From Raillietiella orientalis (lineage: Eukaryota), in the NCBI GenBank assembly GCA_036172245.1, contig JAYWIR010000025.1, forward strand, positions 1,178,001 to 1,242,000: DNA of 64,000 bases, given 5' to 3'. The notes below the pieces were generated by a model. That model had not been told where the DNA came from and did not search any database. It worked only from the letters and a program-made list of their open reading frames with translations. Shown piece by piece: positions 49,980-62,319 of this stretch (its first letter is position 1; each line of letters begins with the position of its first letter). The position numbers and the translations under genes are program-made.

Positions 49980-51400
49980 GACGCATATAACAGCTGAAGG
50001 TGCCCTGCGTCCTTTGCAACAACAACAACAACGAAAAAAAGGGCTAATTTGATACTTGAGTGACACAAACACACAAAGTGTCTCGAATCACGGATGCAGA
50101 TATCTTTAGCAGCCTTAACTATCGTGGGAAAAAACTCCATTCCAGAAAGATGCTTAGCCATGTCTGTTGGTGCATTCATAAAGGTGGAAGAAGAAAGACT
50201 GAAGGAATCGGTGTGTGTGTGTGTTTTGAAGGGGGGAAGGGGGCGGTTTGGCTCATGCAATCCGAAGAGGGATGACAGTATTTTCGGAAAGCGATTCCTA
50301 CGATGATTCTCACACAGAAACCCGCAAAATCTTCAAGGTTCATCTTCAGGAAGATTTTTGATTTGCTCCTTGAAGCTGTATGGAATTTACACTTCAAACA
50401 TCAGGTGCCGTGGCGAATCTCTTGATGGAAGCACGGTTTTTTCCTTTTCCTTGGAAACGGTACGAACCGTCGGAATTCTTCTGCTCAGCTTCAAGTGGGT
50501 CCTTGGGTCCGATCCTCGCGAAAATGCTCAGTTTGTTTTGCATGTCCCGAGCCCTCTTCTGCTTAACTGGACAAGGGCCTTCACTTCCTACCATAATTTT
50601 TTTCCAGAGGCGTAGGAAGATGATAAATTCGGTGCATATGGGAAACGAAAATCGCGAATTTGCAGGATTCGTGCAGAGTGCTGCGCGCGGAGGTGAAATA
50701 CGACTTGAAGTTTGTCGCAGGAACTTTGCCATAGGGGAGTCGGAGCCTGTTGAATCTGCTCTTCAAATATGTGCTCGAGATCGGCCCAATAAACCGAGGA
50801 TCTGCATGGTTGCCAACACGCAGTCTCGAATCGAACAAACGGACGTAAGGATTGGTCCATGCCTTTCCCATTGCAACCACGGTTGTTGGCTGCCTCATCA
50901 TGGCGATCCCGGCGTCCGAGCGTTCCTTGGCCCGCTTTCGATGTTGTTGGCGCGGAAGGTGGTATTCAACATCTCCCTACTTCGGCTGATAACCCAACTG
51001 ATTCTAACTTGGAAACCCTTCACGTATTTGAAGATCACAATGGAATCTTGCCGAAGGGAGGTACCTTCAGCTCTTGGAAATCCAAGAACAGGGTGCATGA
51101 TAAGCAAGTGATTTCAGAGACTCCACTGCATGGAATCTTTTGACAAATAAACGATAAATACGAACGTCGATCGATGACGCATTAGTGACTTTGCACTTGC
51201 CTTTCGAAGACTGCCTTCCAGCATCGGGTGGCAGTCCTTAAATTTTTACGGCGGACCCCTGCCCTGCGAACTTACCCAGCTACCCTGTCCCAAGGAACTT
51301 TTATCGTGACTCGTGAGCGAGAAGAGGCGTAAATCGTTCGAAAAACGTAAACTTCCAGGGGGTCACATCTGCGAGGGCTCAAGATGTGACGACAGAAACA
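49980..51400 (+). mobile_element. RTE-like LINE relic (domain 0 to C-terminus)
   Basis: ITAEG, RITDADIF, NSIPERC..AFIK, SIFGKRFLR, LFKYV, EQTDVRIG, KRKLPGGHI (~R+L.W.GH+). Confidence 0.55.
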
Positions 51401-51899
51401 GTTTAGTGATTCCCTTGGATCCTCAAAGAAGTGAAGCAGAAATAGGTGCCATATGGCAGCTCCAGCTAATAAAAGTTGTGATACATTGCTTCATAGAAAT
51501 CACGTTTCCAGTCCATTTTTTAAGGAGGTTGTTCGAGCGGCATTCACTGCGTTCGGTTATAAAAATGTTGGGGAAGAGAAATTAAATTTACTTTTGAGTA
51601 ATGCATTTTTTTGACTCGTCGATTCGAGCCCAATCCATCATGTCTTTTTTATTAAATCCCACTCACCGTCTAGCATCTCTTGAATTTTCGTGTCTCGTGT
51701 TCCACATGCTTACTCAGTCGGGCTCCGTGTGACCGAAGCGCACCACCATCGGTTCATCGCTTGCTGTCAGGCAACGGGGTGTCCAGGTCGGCTACTGGTC
51801 TGCCACCTGCTTTCCCCCCTTTTCTTCTACTCGCTGCTCACGAGCAATCCGAAAGATAAATATCGCCAACCCTTGAGGGTAGTTCGCCGCTCCTGTGTG

Positions 51900-52200
51900 T
51901 GTGTTTAGAAGATTCGCCTGTTGGTTAACGCGAGGCACCTTGGAAGAATGACCTTGTTCCAGAAATCTAGATGCCTCCAGAAAAGCCAGATGAATACAAA
52001 AAAAAAATCCCAGATTGGGGTCACCTTCCGTGAAACTTGTAGACGGAGCACGAGCCATTTTTCCCCCAAGGTCGCATTCGATAAATTAGCATGAAAGTTC
52101 ATTATGGTGACCTTTTTAGGAATTTTCAGGACGTTTTATCTCTGCACCCGCTGCTTCGTGTCGCAGCATGCTTAAGGTAACCTGTAACAACTCTCGATCA
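51900..52200 (-). mobile_element. RT fragment (domains 1-3)
   Basis: KIPKK(G), CIHLAFLEA. Confidence 0.4.
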
Positions 52201-52719
52201 TTCCCAGTCGAGCTGTCATCTTGTTAGCCCACTGAAAACCAGAATGAAGACGAAGATGGATTCTTCCGAATGCTTCAAGACACGTGCATGTGTTCGTTCA
52301 CAGTTTATCGGAATCGAACTGCCCTTATTTTTGGAAGCAACGAAAGTACAAATATTTTGTGGGTCATTATTTAAAATTATGGAACAGAGTGCTGCATTCT
52401 AAACTTGCTTTCACTATTTGGTGGCGTTTTAAGAACCCATTCGTGGATCGCATGGGAACTGGAGGAAGATTTTCAAAAGGTAGGCAAATTTCAGACTGAA
52501 CAAAATGCGAAACTCCTACCTGTTGCCACCGTGCCGTTGTCAAGGAAAACACCTTCGACATGCTCGCTTTTCCTGATCGTGTCCAACCGCCTCTCAAAGC
52601 TTTTCCCTTGCAAAGTGTGCAAAGAGGGTTCAGCAGACCTCTTCGAGTCTAATAAAACAGAATGCTGAAGAATTTAAATTCTCTTTATTTTACATTCCCC
52701 TAACATCCGCCACGCTTCC

Positions 52720-52980
52720 TTCTATTCACTCCTTTTCTCCATTTCGATGAATGCCTCTCACCGTGTCAAGGTACCTCTGATTTGGAGACCCATGCTGAAA
52801 GTTGCCCAGCTTTACAAATTTGACGATGCCCCCATGTTCCTCCGTTTTCTCAGATGGCTGCAAAATCTCAACCGCGAATTTTCGAAACTGATGACAAAGA
52901 GGTCCAACTCTCGAAACAGGAGATGCAGGTTGATCACGCGGAAGTAGGCCCTCGTCACAAGAGGATAGGGAAGAAACCAA
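52720..52980 (-). mobile_element. RTE-like RT fragment (domain 2)
   Basis: GLLPRDQ, FAVEILQPSEKTEEH (~IF.+RQ+.EK..E). Confidence 0.45.
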
Positions 52981-53219
52981 TGCATTGCAATGCCTGCTTC
53001 ATTTTAAAGCACCTCTTCAAAGACACATGTTGTGCACCACACATGTATGCGGACATGTGCCTGTATACATACACATATATACATTTATTGTGTGCATATA
53101 TGCATATCTGCTGAATTCCAAGAATGAGCAACCTGATGATCTACTGAGCAGCCTTTTGGTTGCTGTTTGAGATGAAATACAGATGAATGTGGGTATTTTC
53201 ATTCAACCGGTTGCCGTTT

Positions 53220-54900
53220 CTAGGCCTCAGTGATCTACGATTGATATGCTTGCGCCCACGGTGAACACATCGGCATGGTTGACTGCAGTTGAGAGATCTT
53301 GCTGTTGACTATCTGCTTGTTTCGCTGAGGTTGTTTCATGAGGAGAGTCCCCATCTTCTGCAGCACCGGAAGACTTTGTGACTGTGCTTTGCTTGAGCCA
53401 AAAAGTCATACCGAATGATTTTGAGCTCTTCCTCCTCGTCTTAAAAGACGAGCCTTAGACCTTAGAGCCTTAGACCGTTACTTCAAGATACACCTTGGGG
53501 TCACTTCCGCTTAGCAACCTGAACTGCTAGTAGTGTCCCTCAGGACGGTCCCTCTTGAAGACTCATTGTTTTCTGAAGTAAAGAGGCTTTTGAAGAACAA
53601 GTTCTTGAAATGGAATATTTGAAAAAGTGCAGAATGGGAAGCGGTAGATAGCTTTTCCAGATAGAAGAAAACTCCCGGAATTAGGTGTGGTTCCATCACT
53701 ATCTCGAGTTTGGATTCCATGTTCAGGATGACATCCAGTCTCGAATTTACTATTCAGCTCAACAAGTAAAGTCCATAAAATCAGATGGTAGCACGGTCTA
53801 AGTTGGGAATGCCATCTGACTTTGGACCGCAGCTTCAAAAGTCAACTTCAGACGGTTTCAGAGATTATGAATATCAAAATCCACCAATTACTCCATCATG
53901 ACTCACATCCATGAGTCCGTCAATCATTAGGTCCTCGATGTCACAATTGTAGGAAGCTGCTTCCGCTGACATCACCCAGTTCGGAGGAAACTGGGAGCGC
54001 AGCATGCCTTCCGAGTTATTTTAGTCTTTTTTGTCTTGGGGATATGAAAAAGCTAAACTTTATTCTGGCCTCGAGTACAGCGTCATCATGGGCTTCCAGG
54101 AATTATCCGACAATCTCAACCTTGCTGTAGAGTTTCGTTTTGTTCCGCATAGAAAGACACCCATTATTGTAACTGCTATGTTCATCTTTCTCCTGTCCAT
54201 GTTACTTACTCTAGAGTTTGTATTCCAGTCGTCTTGCAAGAATGTGAAGTTGTTGAGTCAGCTTGCGGTTTCACCAACACAACATGTCTGCTGCTTCTCC
54301 AAATCTTCGATATCGAGCATCTTTGAGATATTCCAGAGATCCAGCAACCGCCTGCATACACTGGCACGATTGAAATTCTTCCAGTTGGCACTCCGAACTT
54401 TCAAAGCAGCTGCTCACAGTTCCGATAAAAAATCTCTCTGTTCTCGAGCTGTGCCACAATGTGATGACGAGCTTCTCGTCCGTTAAGCAAAGCGTTGTGA
54501 TAAATGCTTCTCTGCTCTCCACGGCAATGGAACGCAATTCAGGATTTTTCGTGGTGGCTTGTGAATATCGTAGAAGACATCCACGACTGTCGAAAGAGCT
54601 GGTTGCTCTTTTCTTTGGAAGAGCGTTCGCCAAAGCACATTCGGCTTAGTCGTGCGAAAATGGCATCTGAGAGATTCCGACCATCCTCACCGCAAGAAGA
54701 AAAACTCACCTAAGAATCCTGCTCGATTGCCTAGGAAGAAAACCTTCTGCTTTCTCGAGATCACCATCTAGGCTGTACTTTGCTGCAGCAGCAACAGTCA
54801 TTTCTGCCTCCACAACACTCCAATTCCTCATAATGAAGGAAATCTTGCAACATAGTACAGATGCATATCGAAGAAGAGGGAACAAAACGTATTTTGCTAA
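53220..54900 (-). mobile_element. CR1/Jockey-like LINE relic: APE C-terminal half, linker and RT to domain 6
   Basis: Colinear motifs LDGDLE, TVVDVF, TDEKLV, SANWKNF, GPKSDGIP, EHGIQT, VFFYLEKLSTASHSAL, SG-PQG, AEDG, QQDLSTAV. Confidence 0.65.
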
Positions 54901-54929
54901 TCTTCTGTTATGCACTTCCCTTTCGAGGC

Positions 54930-55700
54930 TCTTCTAACTCGACATTGTTTTCCTTCTTGGCTTCCCTGGGAAAGAGTCAACTGGACGAGAGGTGTAGCAA
55001 TGCTTGAGGACAAAGTCGCATGGGGAAATGGTGAGCACCCTGCAAGGTTCACGGCATCCAGGGTTCCAAGAAGGTCGTCCATCCAAGTACTGATGCAAGG
55101 GATGTCAAATGTTCCTTTGTTTGCAGCTAGTGGTTCCTTCCGGCAGCAGCGCTTGTGGGCTGGGATTCCTTCGAGAGCTTTGCCTTGGCGTTTTTTAAGA
55201 TGAAGAGTGGTTGTGTCGACATACTGATGCGATGCTGTAGAGGAATGGTGTTGCTGGAACAACTTTGGCACTGTGGCCTTTGCGGGTAGCGTTGACGGAA
55301 AGACATCCTCACCAAGCGAGCAATCACAAGTCACGAGAAGCAGCAGAGAGCAAAAAACAAAAAAAAATTCCGCGAGCGAACGGCGACAAGCAGAAAGTGC
55401 TGGGATTTCTGCAGAGAGTATACGACTTGTGTGACTTTCAGATTTCCGTTTTATTGGATCAGTCACATATCAAGGGCGGTGCAACCGGCAGCACTAACGA
55501 ATTTCATCGTGTGCTCCATGGTGCCCCACTGGTTTGTGACCCCAGTAAACATGGCAAAAAAACAATTGAAAGGCGTGTTTGTGTTTGCGAATCAAGATGA
55601 AATGCTAGAAAGTACAAACACAGAAAGAACGCTTATCGCCAAGGAAAGATCTGGCACCGAAGGGCATAATCAGTTCACTCTCCAAAAGCAGATTCCCATT
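54930..55700 (+). mobile_element. APE-endonuclease fragment
   Basis: RGVAML, VAFAGSVD (~++.GD.N), KKQLKGVFV (~QID.+++), EGHNQF (~SDH). Confidence 0.4.
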
Positions 55701-56329
55701 TGTGCGCCGTCAAGGAGTGACTGAAGAACCCGGAAGAAGCCGAGTTCTTCATAATTTGCCTTCCCCACCAATAAAGCATTCTAATGCAACGGAAGATTGC
55801 ACAGATTGGTGTTGAACTTCAAAACAGAAAAAAAAGGAATTGCTCTTCTTCCTGCACGCTTGTGAGTGGAGAAATTTTTACAGGTTCCATCAACATCGAG
55901 AGGTGACCTCGTCTCGGATTCCGCCGCAAGTGCTCTTCCGATAAACGTAAAAGAACGAGCCAAATTTGAACGGATTCGGATGCAGGAAAGCAGCAGAGTG
56001 GCTAACAGTCACCGACAAGAACTTTCTCTCTTAAGAAGCAATGAAGAAATGAGCTGAGGGAAACAGGCAGTGGAAGAAACAGACCGACTGAAATAAATGA
56101 AACGAGGCTGAAACCTTTGTTCTGTAGTTCCCGTGTCAGCATCAGCATTAGTTAATTAAGAGTTCTTGAACCTGTTCCTGATGAAAATCCTGAACGTTGC
56201 TTTTCAGCAATCCTGCAACTTGGACAAAAGGGAAAGGGGCAACCGCATCCAGAAATGTCCCAATCCAAGACCTCGACGATACTCTCTTTTTTTCCTTTAA
56301 AAAAAAAAAAAAAAAGGATGTAACGGATC

Positions 56330-56560
56330 GCGAGCAGCGCAGAATGGATGAAATGCAGATTCATCGCTGCTGTCTTCAATCGTTCGGGTGGCAAACGAGA
56401 AGATTGAACGAAAATCTGCAACGAAATTCAAATAAAAAATCATCGGTCTGCACGTTTCTCGTCAGAATAAGAATGAGAGTGCAGCATCGCTAATCGCGAT
56501 GCAGGGTGTGGCGCAAAGACGTTTAGCACAGCTGGCATCTGCGCTGACACAGGCAGCGCA
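56330..56560 (+). mobile_element. RTE C-terminal fragment
   Basis: QIHRCCLQSFGWQTRRLNENL (~FH.RCLR.I..W+D+..N), TFLVRIRMR. Confidence 0.5.
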
Positions 56561-56629
56561 ACCGGTCACTTCTGGACACTCAAAAAGTGAGAGAAGAACC
56601 ACCTTTGCACCCGCCCGTCTTTCGTCTTG

Positions 56630-57200
56630 ACTTACGTGAGCTGAAACACCGCTGTGCTTTCAGCATCTACCAACAGAATACCTGGTCCCCTTTTTAAGGA
56701 GGACATGTTCTTTCTCAGCAACGTCTTCTGGCCACCTTTCCTTAGAGCAGACTCCTCGATCATCCAAGTCGATCGTTCATAAGAATTAAAAAGGCCATCG
56801 TAAAAAGTCAGCGTAAATACAAAATGAAAGTGATGGCTGCTTCTTAACTGCAAAGTAGTCCTGATACGAGGCATGTGTTTTGTGGCGTGGTTGCCGCAGA
56901 ACACCGCAAAGGAAAATCTTGATCCGAACCTAGAATCATCCGGAATGTTCCACGAGCGTCTTGAAATTTATGGCTTCCGTTATTGCTTTCGTTCCTAACT
57001 TTGCTAGGAGCAATAAACAATGGGTCCATTGCTGTCCTTCGTCAAGTTTCACGTACCATCATCATTCTCGAAACCGAAAGTAATCTCAAGGATTTCACGC
57101 TGTGTTTCCGCCTTCCGTCTTTCCCGTGTTCCGAGATTGCAGCTCCAGTTGCAAGTGCGGTTCCAAGTAAAGCCCGCAGGTTTCGTGTTGTTGGGTATTT
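56630..57200 (-). mobile_element. RTE (BovB-like) C-terminal fragment
   Basis: LLGTAL, VRET*, HKFQ...FRMILGSDQD, LRKGGQKTLLRKNMSSLK (~R..GGQ.KR+KD.LK). Confidence 0.6.
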
Positions 57201-57449
57201 TGAGTGCGGTGCTCCGCAAATGTCAAGAGAAAAGTTAACGGAAATTAGATTCGGTCAAATGCTTTGGAGCCTTCAAGGCGAAATCAAGGTTAACCATGTT
57301 TTAAGACATCGGACAGAAATCATGAAATCATTAATTAGAAATGAGAAGGAGTTCTCATTTAGAATTTTTATTAGCTCGTCTTAGATTCGGCATCCTGAGT
57401 ATGAGTCTTGTAGATCTTGGAAAGGGGAACCCGATAATGTTCTGGGAAC

Positions 57450-58580
57450 TTAAGAGGAACCAGCTATCGAGGAAATGCTCCCGGTACAGAGGAGAGATTT
57501 AATTCAGCTGTCAGCACCCGCGGTCAGAAGGCCGTGGGACAACTCTGTGCTGATTTTTCCGTTTCCGAAGTGCTCAAAAAGAGGGCGACTCTCATTCGAA
57601 AAACTGAATGCTCCTTTATGAGGATGCTGGAGCTGTGCTCGACGGATTTCACAAAGCCGGGAGCTGAATCAACTTAACATACCTGCACCAACACCAAACC
57701 CCCACTGTCCATACCGCAAGTTGTCAGCGTAGCTCAGACTAAAAGTCCTTTGTTCGACTTCATCCAAATCCATCACCATCTGACGGAAGGCAAAAGAGCG
57801 AAAGTGGCTAAGAGGAAGTGGGAAATCACTGATAGTGATTTCGAAACGATCTTCTCCTCGCCTTAGATTTTCCTTTCGGCATTCATTTTTGTTTTTGCAT
57901 CGCCAGCATCATCACTTTTTTCCATGGGCTTTTTCTGTTAATCAGTCACCTACTAAATAGATCGAACTTACTACTGTGTTCTGAAAGAGTCGCTACAGCT
58001 TCAGGAAAATCTGTGCAAGACGTGAAAATACACAGTAACGGTCCGTTTCCTGGAGAGAAGCATGTCTGCGTTACACCCGTTATGGAATTGAAGATTTCCT
58101 TTGTTATCAATCAAATTCCTTCTTCCATTTTGGCCTGTCTTCTTTTAGAACGTTCTGAAAAGGAAAGTGGACATAATGACTGAATTTCTGTCTACGAACC
58201 ACAAATTAAAACTCGGGAAAGCTGTCAACCTCGGACTGGATGTGGTCTATCGAGTAAAAAAGAATTTTCTGCAAGACAAGAAAATCTCTTGAAAGAAATC
58301 TCTTGCTCTGTAGAAAATGCCTTCATCACCATCAAGACACTTTCTACAGAACGTCAGACATGGCGCCCAAAGTGAAGCACACCGGAATCTCATGCGATGG
58401 TGCTATGAGGCATGAGCTACCTACAAAGTTGGGAATCCTAAGGTGGCAGCTGGTTCTGGGTTTACGGATACTTTCTATTTTACTGATGAATGGTCGTTGC
58501 GATGGAAGCCCTGCTTGGTACCAGAGGAACTGCAGGTTCGGATATTTGGCACACGCTCTTGGTCGAACGATCAGCGAGCG
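57450..58580 (+). mobile_element. RTE-like LINE relic
   Basis: KAVG, YRKLS, KLGILRWQ, RFGYLAHAL (~RL.W.GH+). Confidence 0.45.
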
Positions 58581-58713
58581 AGGCCACCGTCCGCCAGGTC
58601 TGAACGCCTCTAGGGCAGAATTCGTCCTAGCCGAGAGCGGCGATACGGCGGCAGCCCCGGCATCGGACGGATGGACAGGTTCTGGGACGTTTCTTCCAGG
58701 TACGGGTACCGCC

Positions 58714-58804
58714 GCTGCCGTCGTTCCCTGGAAAGAAGGGGGGAAAAACTCCGTGCCTTCTGGCAACTCGTAGAGCCGCTCGCGGACGCACGCGCGTGAC
58801 GAGC
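58714..58804. repeat. 91-bp direct repeat, copy 1 (copy 2 at 60216-60306)
   Basis: Ungapped manual alignment gives 82/91 identical. Confidence 0.95.
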
Positions 58805-59269
58805 GTCACGCGTGACAGACGCGGAGGTTTCAGATCGCCTGTAAACGACTCGCGTACCGACCGAAATCCTGCTGTACTGTAAGAAAAAAAAGAATAAAAC
58901 TCTGGTCGAGAATCTGCAAAAAACGGAAAGAAAACACAGACCCAAGCAGAGAAGCAAGAGTTAGTTCCTTTATTTAGAAGAAGTGACTCTTAAATTGAGT
59001 TCTCAACGCCTTCCACACAAGGGGACGTGCCATTTCCCCCAATATTAGGGGACCAACGTTTCTTTGTTCGATTTCAGTTCGCATATCGGGCAGAGTCGCA
59101 TCCCCGATCACCTCCCTCCGTGGCCGTTCCTCCCAATGAACGACGACCACCTCAGCCAGGGAGGATATTCCCTCCGTAATCGAACATCGTTCACGAAATC
59201 TCCTAGGAAAGGAGATGGATGGAGAGCAGATTCAAAATCTCTAGCTCTAAACATGCAGCCCTTTTTTGT

Positions 59270-59418
59270 GCTGCACCCCGATCTGCTGTAGCGTCTCAGA
59301 GGCCCACCTGAAGTGTTTCGCTGCATCTCGACCCCTGCAACGATACAGGAGTCTCCCTGAGATCATACGCTGCATCTCGACCTACTGCGACGGGTCAGAA
59401 GTCCTCCTGAAATCAGCA
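59270..59418. repeat. Degenerate tandem repeat, 3 x ~49-50 bp
   Basis: Units start at 59270, 59320 and 59369: gctgcaYcYcga...ctg..cg...cag..g....cctga. Confidence 0.7.
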
Positions 59419-59740
59419 TCCATCCCAAATCGATGGCCGATGACTGCAGAGACATCTTCTTGAGGGTTTTCGGTTTCTGGCTAAACCGGGCTGGACTAAG
59501 GTCCAGAACCTCGCCCTTAGTTACAGGAAGGAAGCTCAAAAAAAGGCTTTTGAGGAGGATTGGAGAGGAAGCGTGGAGTCCCACGATTAGCGAAGCTCCC
59601 TTCTCCCGAGCGCTCTCTTCTGTCTTTTTCCCTCCTACCCCAGAGACGTGGCGGCGCTGGGGATTTCGTGCGGCCCACATTTGCCCTGAGCCCTCTGCGT
59701 GGTGGCGATCGTATCGTCACGAAACAGTCTCCGAAAGTAC

Positions 59741-60994
59741 TTAGCCCTTCTTTCGAAATCGATCTGCGGCGCAGAGAGATGATACAGTGAGATCTTTCGG
59801 AAGCTGTGCGGCGATGGCATCGCATGGAACTGTCCCTAATCCCGCAGATGGCGAGCGAGGAGGAGAGGAGCGGCGGTTTCGCTCTCGCAGCCGCTTCCCC
59901 TCCTCCTCCTCTGGAACTCCCGTTTCCCCCTTCACTGCTGCCGCGTTCTCCTCGTGAGACTGGAGAAAATGGCGAACCGAACGGGGAGACTTTCCCAGCC
60001 TTTCTCGCAGCGGAGTCCGGGGAGCAGAGTCCGTAAGGGCGGACCCTTGGGCAATCCGCAGTCCGCTTAGGGTGAGGATGGCGTTCCTCTGGACCGCAAA
60101 CTTTTCCTCATCCGTTTCCGGAGTGGGAGGAGGTGCAAGCCGAAGAGACCTCAGCAGCTCCGGAAACCCCACTCGTCGCCAGACAGGACGGGAGTACACC
60201 CATCTCCGGCTGCGGGCTGCCGTCATTCCCTGGCAAGAAGGGGGAAAAAGCTCCGTGCCTTCTGGCAGCGCGCAGAGCCGCTCGCGGACGCGCGTGCGTG
60301 ACGAGCATGATTGGGATGCCGCGCGCATACGCTCTTCGCGCGCATCCCACGACTTTTTCCGCTGACAATGTCATCGAGCAAGAGCAGTACCAGAGCCGGA
60401 GGAGCCTCTGAGGAAAACCCTCGGTTCTGCTGCATACTTCCTTTCCGTAGCTGTCAGGAATCCAGAAATTGGAGCGGATTCTTCCTGAACCAGCACCACG
60501 AGAAGGCTTTCGTTCCGAGGACTGAATTCCTGCTGGCGAACAACGCCTTGCGGGCAGCCCTGCAGGAACTACTTAAAGGGCTGCTGGCAGAACGACCTCA
60601 TGGATCTCAGCTTTCGATTCCCGGCCTTAGCAGCTGCCGAGGTGCGAAGCTGGAGGATGCGTTCTCTCGGGTCCGTCTCCACGCTGCTTGGATTGGCCAT
60701 CTTGCCCGAGAGGATTTTCCTACATCCCGCCGCAGTACTCCGGACCTCCCAGGCCATCGGGAATGCTTCATCCAGGAGTCGACAGGTCAATTCAAAAAAA
60801 AAGTCTATTTTCTTAATGGGTGGTTTCTCACGGGCAATCTTGGGAGCTAAATCGCAGCAGGTCGGGACGCAACGGAAAATCAGGAAAGATTTATTCCTGG
60901 AGTCCTGGAGAAACACCTGCTGGCATGAGACGGTCAAAATTTTCTTCCGGAACGCCCTAATGTGAACGGGCGATGAATCGCCACCCACGCTCAC
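59741..60994 (-). pseudogene. Disrupted GC-rich coding region, possible BEN-domain protein
   Basis: Minus-strand ORFs of 141 and 195 aa; TCRLLDEAF...STAAG...DPRERILQLR...(frameshift)SSCRAARK resembles the BEN layout. Confidence 0.3.
60216..60306. repeat. 91-bp direct repeat, copy 2
   Basis: See 58714-58804. Confidence 0.95.
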
Positions 60995-62319
60995 GTGCAG
61001 TCAGTGCAGTCAGAACCGGAAGAGGGTAGCAGTGGGGGGGACAGGGAAAAATGCTTTCATGCAAATGGGAATTTTTTTTTTTAAAAAAAAAAGGAAATGA
61101 TGAAAAATCTGCCCTAGGGAAAAATTCACCACGGGCGTGGCGAAACGAATGCACCAAGGGAAGGAAGCAGCTGGATAGAAATGAGGATTTTCCACCCCTA
61201 CCTTCTTTCCAGGTGGCTGGCAACCTCGTTCTTCTTTAGTGAACGTAAAGTGCTAGATTTTTTCAGCATTCCAAGCCTGGAGGTCTTCGAGGTTCCAGGA
61301 GTGGCCAAAGGAACAGTCTTTGCAGGAAACCTCCTCTCGATGGAGCTGGAATCGAAAAGGATGGTTTACAGAGCTGCTCGAGAAAAAAAAGAAAAGAAAT
61401 GAAAAGAAGAACCATCCCTGGTGAACAGGGACAGAGAATGCACCTGCCGAATCTGGAACAGAAACCAAACAGACCACCCGTCCATCGGTTGGCCGTGCTA
61501 TCACCCCATCTGGAATCATCCGCTCGGAGGAGCAGGAAAGAGCGACCGAGTGCAGCTCGCTCGGTCGTCTCCATGGGAACGGAGGTCCACCTGCTACAGT
61601 GAAAGGTCGGTTTCGACCGCGTGCGTGCAGCCAGCAGCCCTGCATCTGTACCTCGTCAGGGAGAACACCAGCACCAGTCTGGCCGGCTTATGATGGGGGC
61701 CTCTTGGAAGCAGGTTGGCCGGCGTGTGGAGGCACCGGCGGCCCGCGATCTTGTCGCGCGCCCTCGTGGATTGCTCCGCGTCCGATGATGAAACGGGAAC
61801 AGATGAGCAGGCGGAAAACAAACTGCTCCGATTGGCAAGCCGGAGAAAAATTGCGGCGTCAAAAAACTCGGGATGCTGCTGAAGGATTCTGCGAGGTTGA
61901 CAGATGAGCCAGGCGTGCCCTGGAACCGTGGCAACTCGTTCGTAGTGCTGGGAAGGAAAGGGGGGGGGAGGAGTGAGGAGCGAAGCGACTTTTCCCTCTT
62001 CGTCCTGGATTCCGTGGTGACACTTCCCGTTTCAGCGCCCGCGTTACCTGTTTGGGAGCGCGCGGGCAATCCATTTACAGCGGGCAACTGGAAAGCACGC
62101 CCTCGTCTTCGTCTTTCGCGAAACTTAGCTGGATGGTAGACATCTCGAACCTCTCTATCGCGCGTGAGAGCAAAGGGATGGCAGCTTCCCCCCCCCCCCT
62201 CTCAAATGCAGATTCCGTCTCCCCTCTTTCCCAGCATGCGCTGTCCGTCGTGATCCCTTGTAGCAATCAGAGATTTTTCATAGATGAAAACGCGACTTTT
62301 TTTTCATTTTTTTTAGCGG

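Noticed and set aside
50380..51111. 243-aa ORF as a gene
   Set aside because: It lies within an RTE relic whose motifs switch frames; no coherent domain.
59270..59418. CRISPR-like array (also considered for 880-1320)
   Set aside because: Units are degenerate tandem copies without identical repeats or unique spacers; eukaryotic context, no cas genes.
60690..61215. Helicase: GRGGKS Walker A plus LLDEAF Walker B
   Set aside because: The Walker A lacks the first Gly, overlaps a candidate splice donor, is in a different frame and is separated by a poly-T/A tract; no downstream helicase motifs.
61480..61947. Second, minus-strand Gag-like start (LPRFQGTPG) after an acceptor
   Set aside because: Only one short motif matches and the downstream capsid motifs are unconvincing; kept only as part of the island finding.
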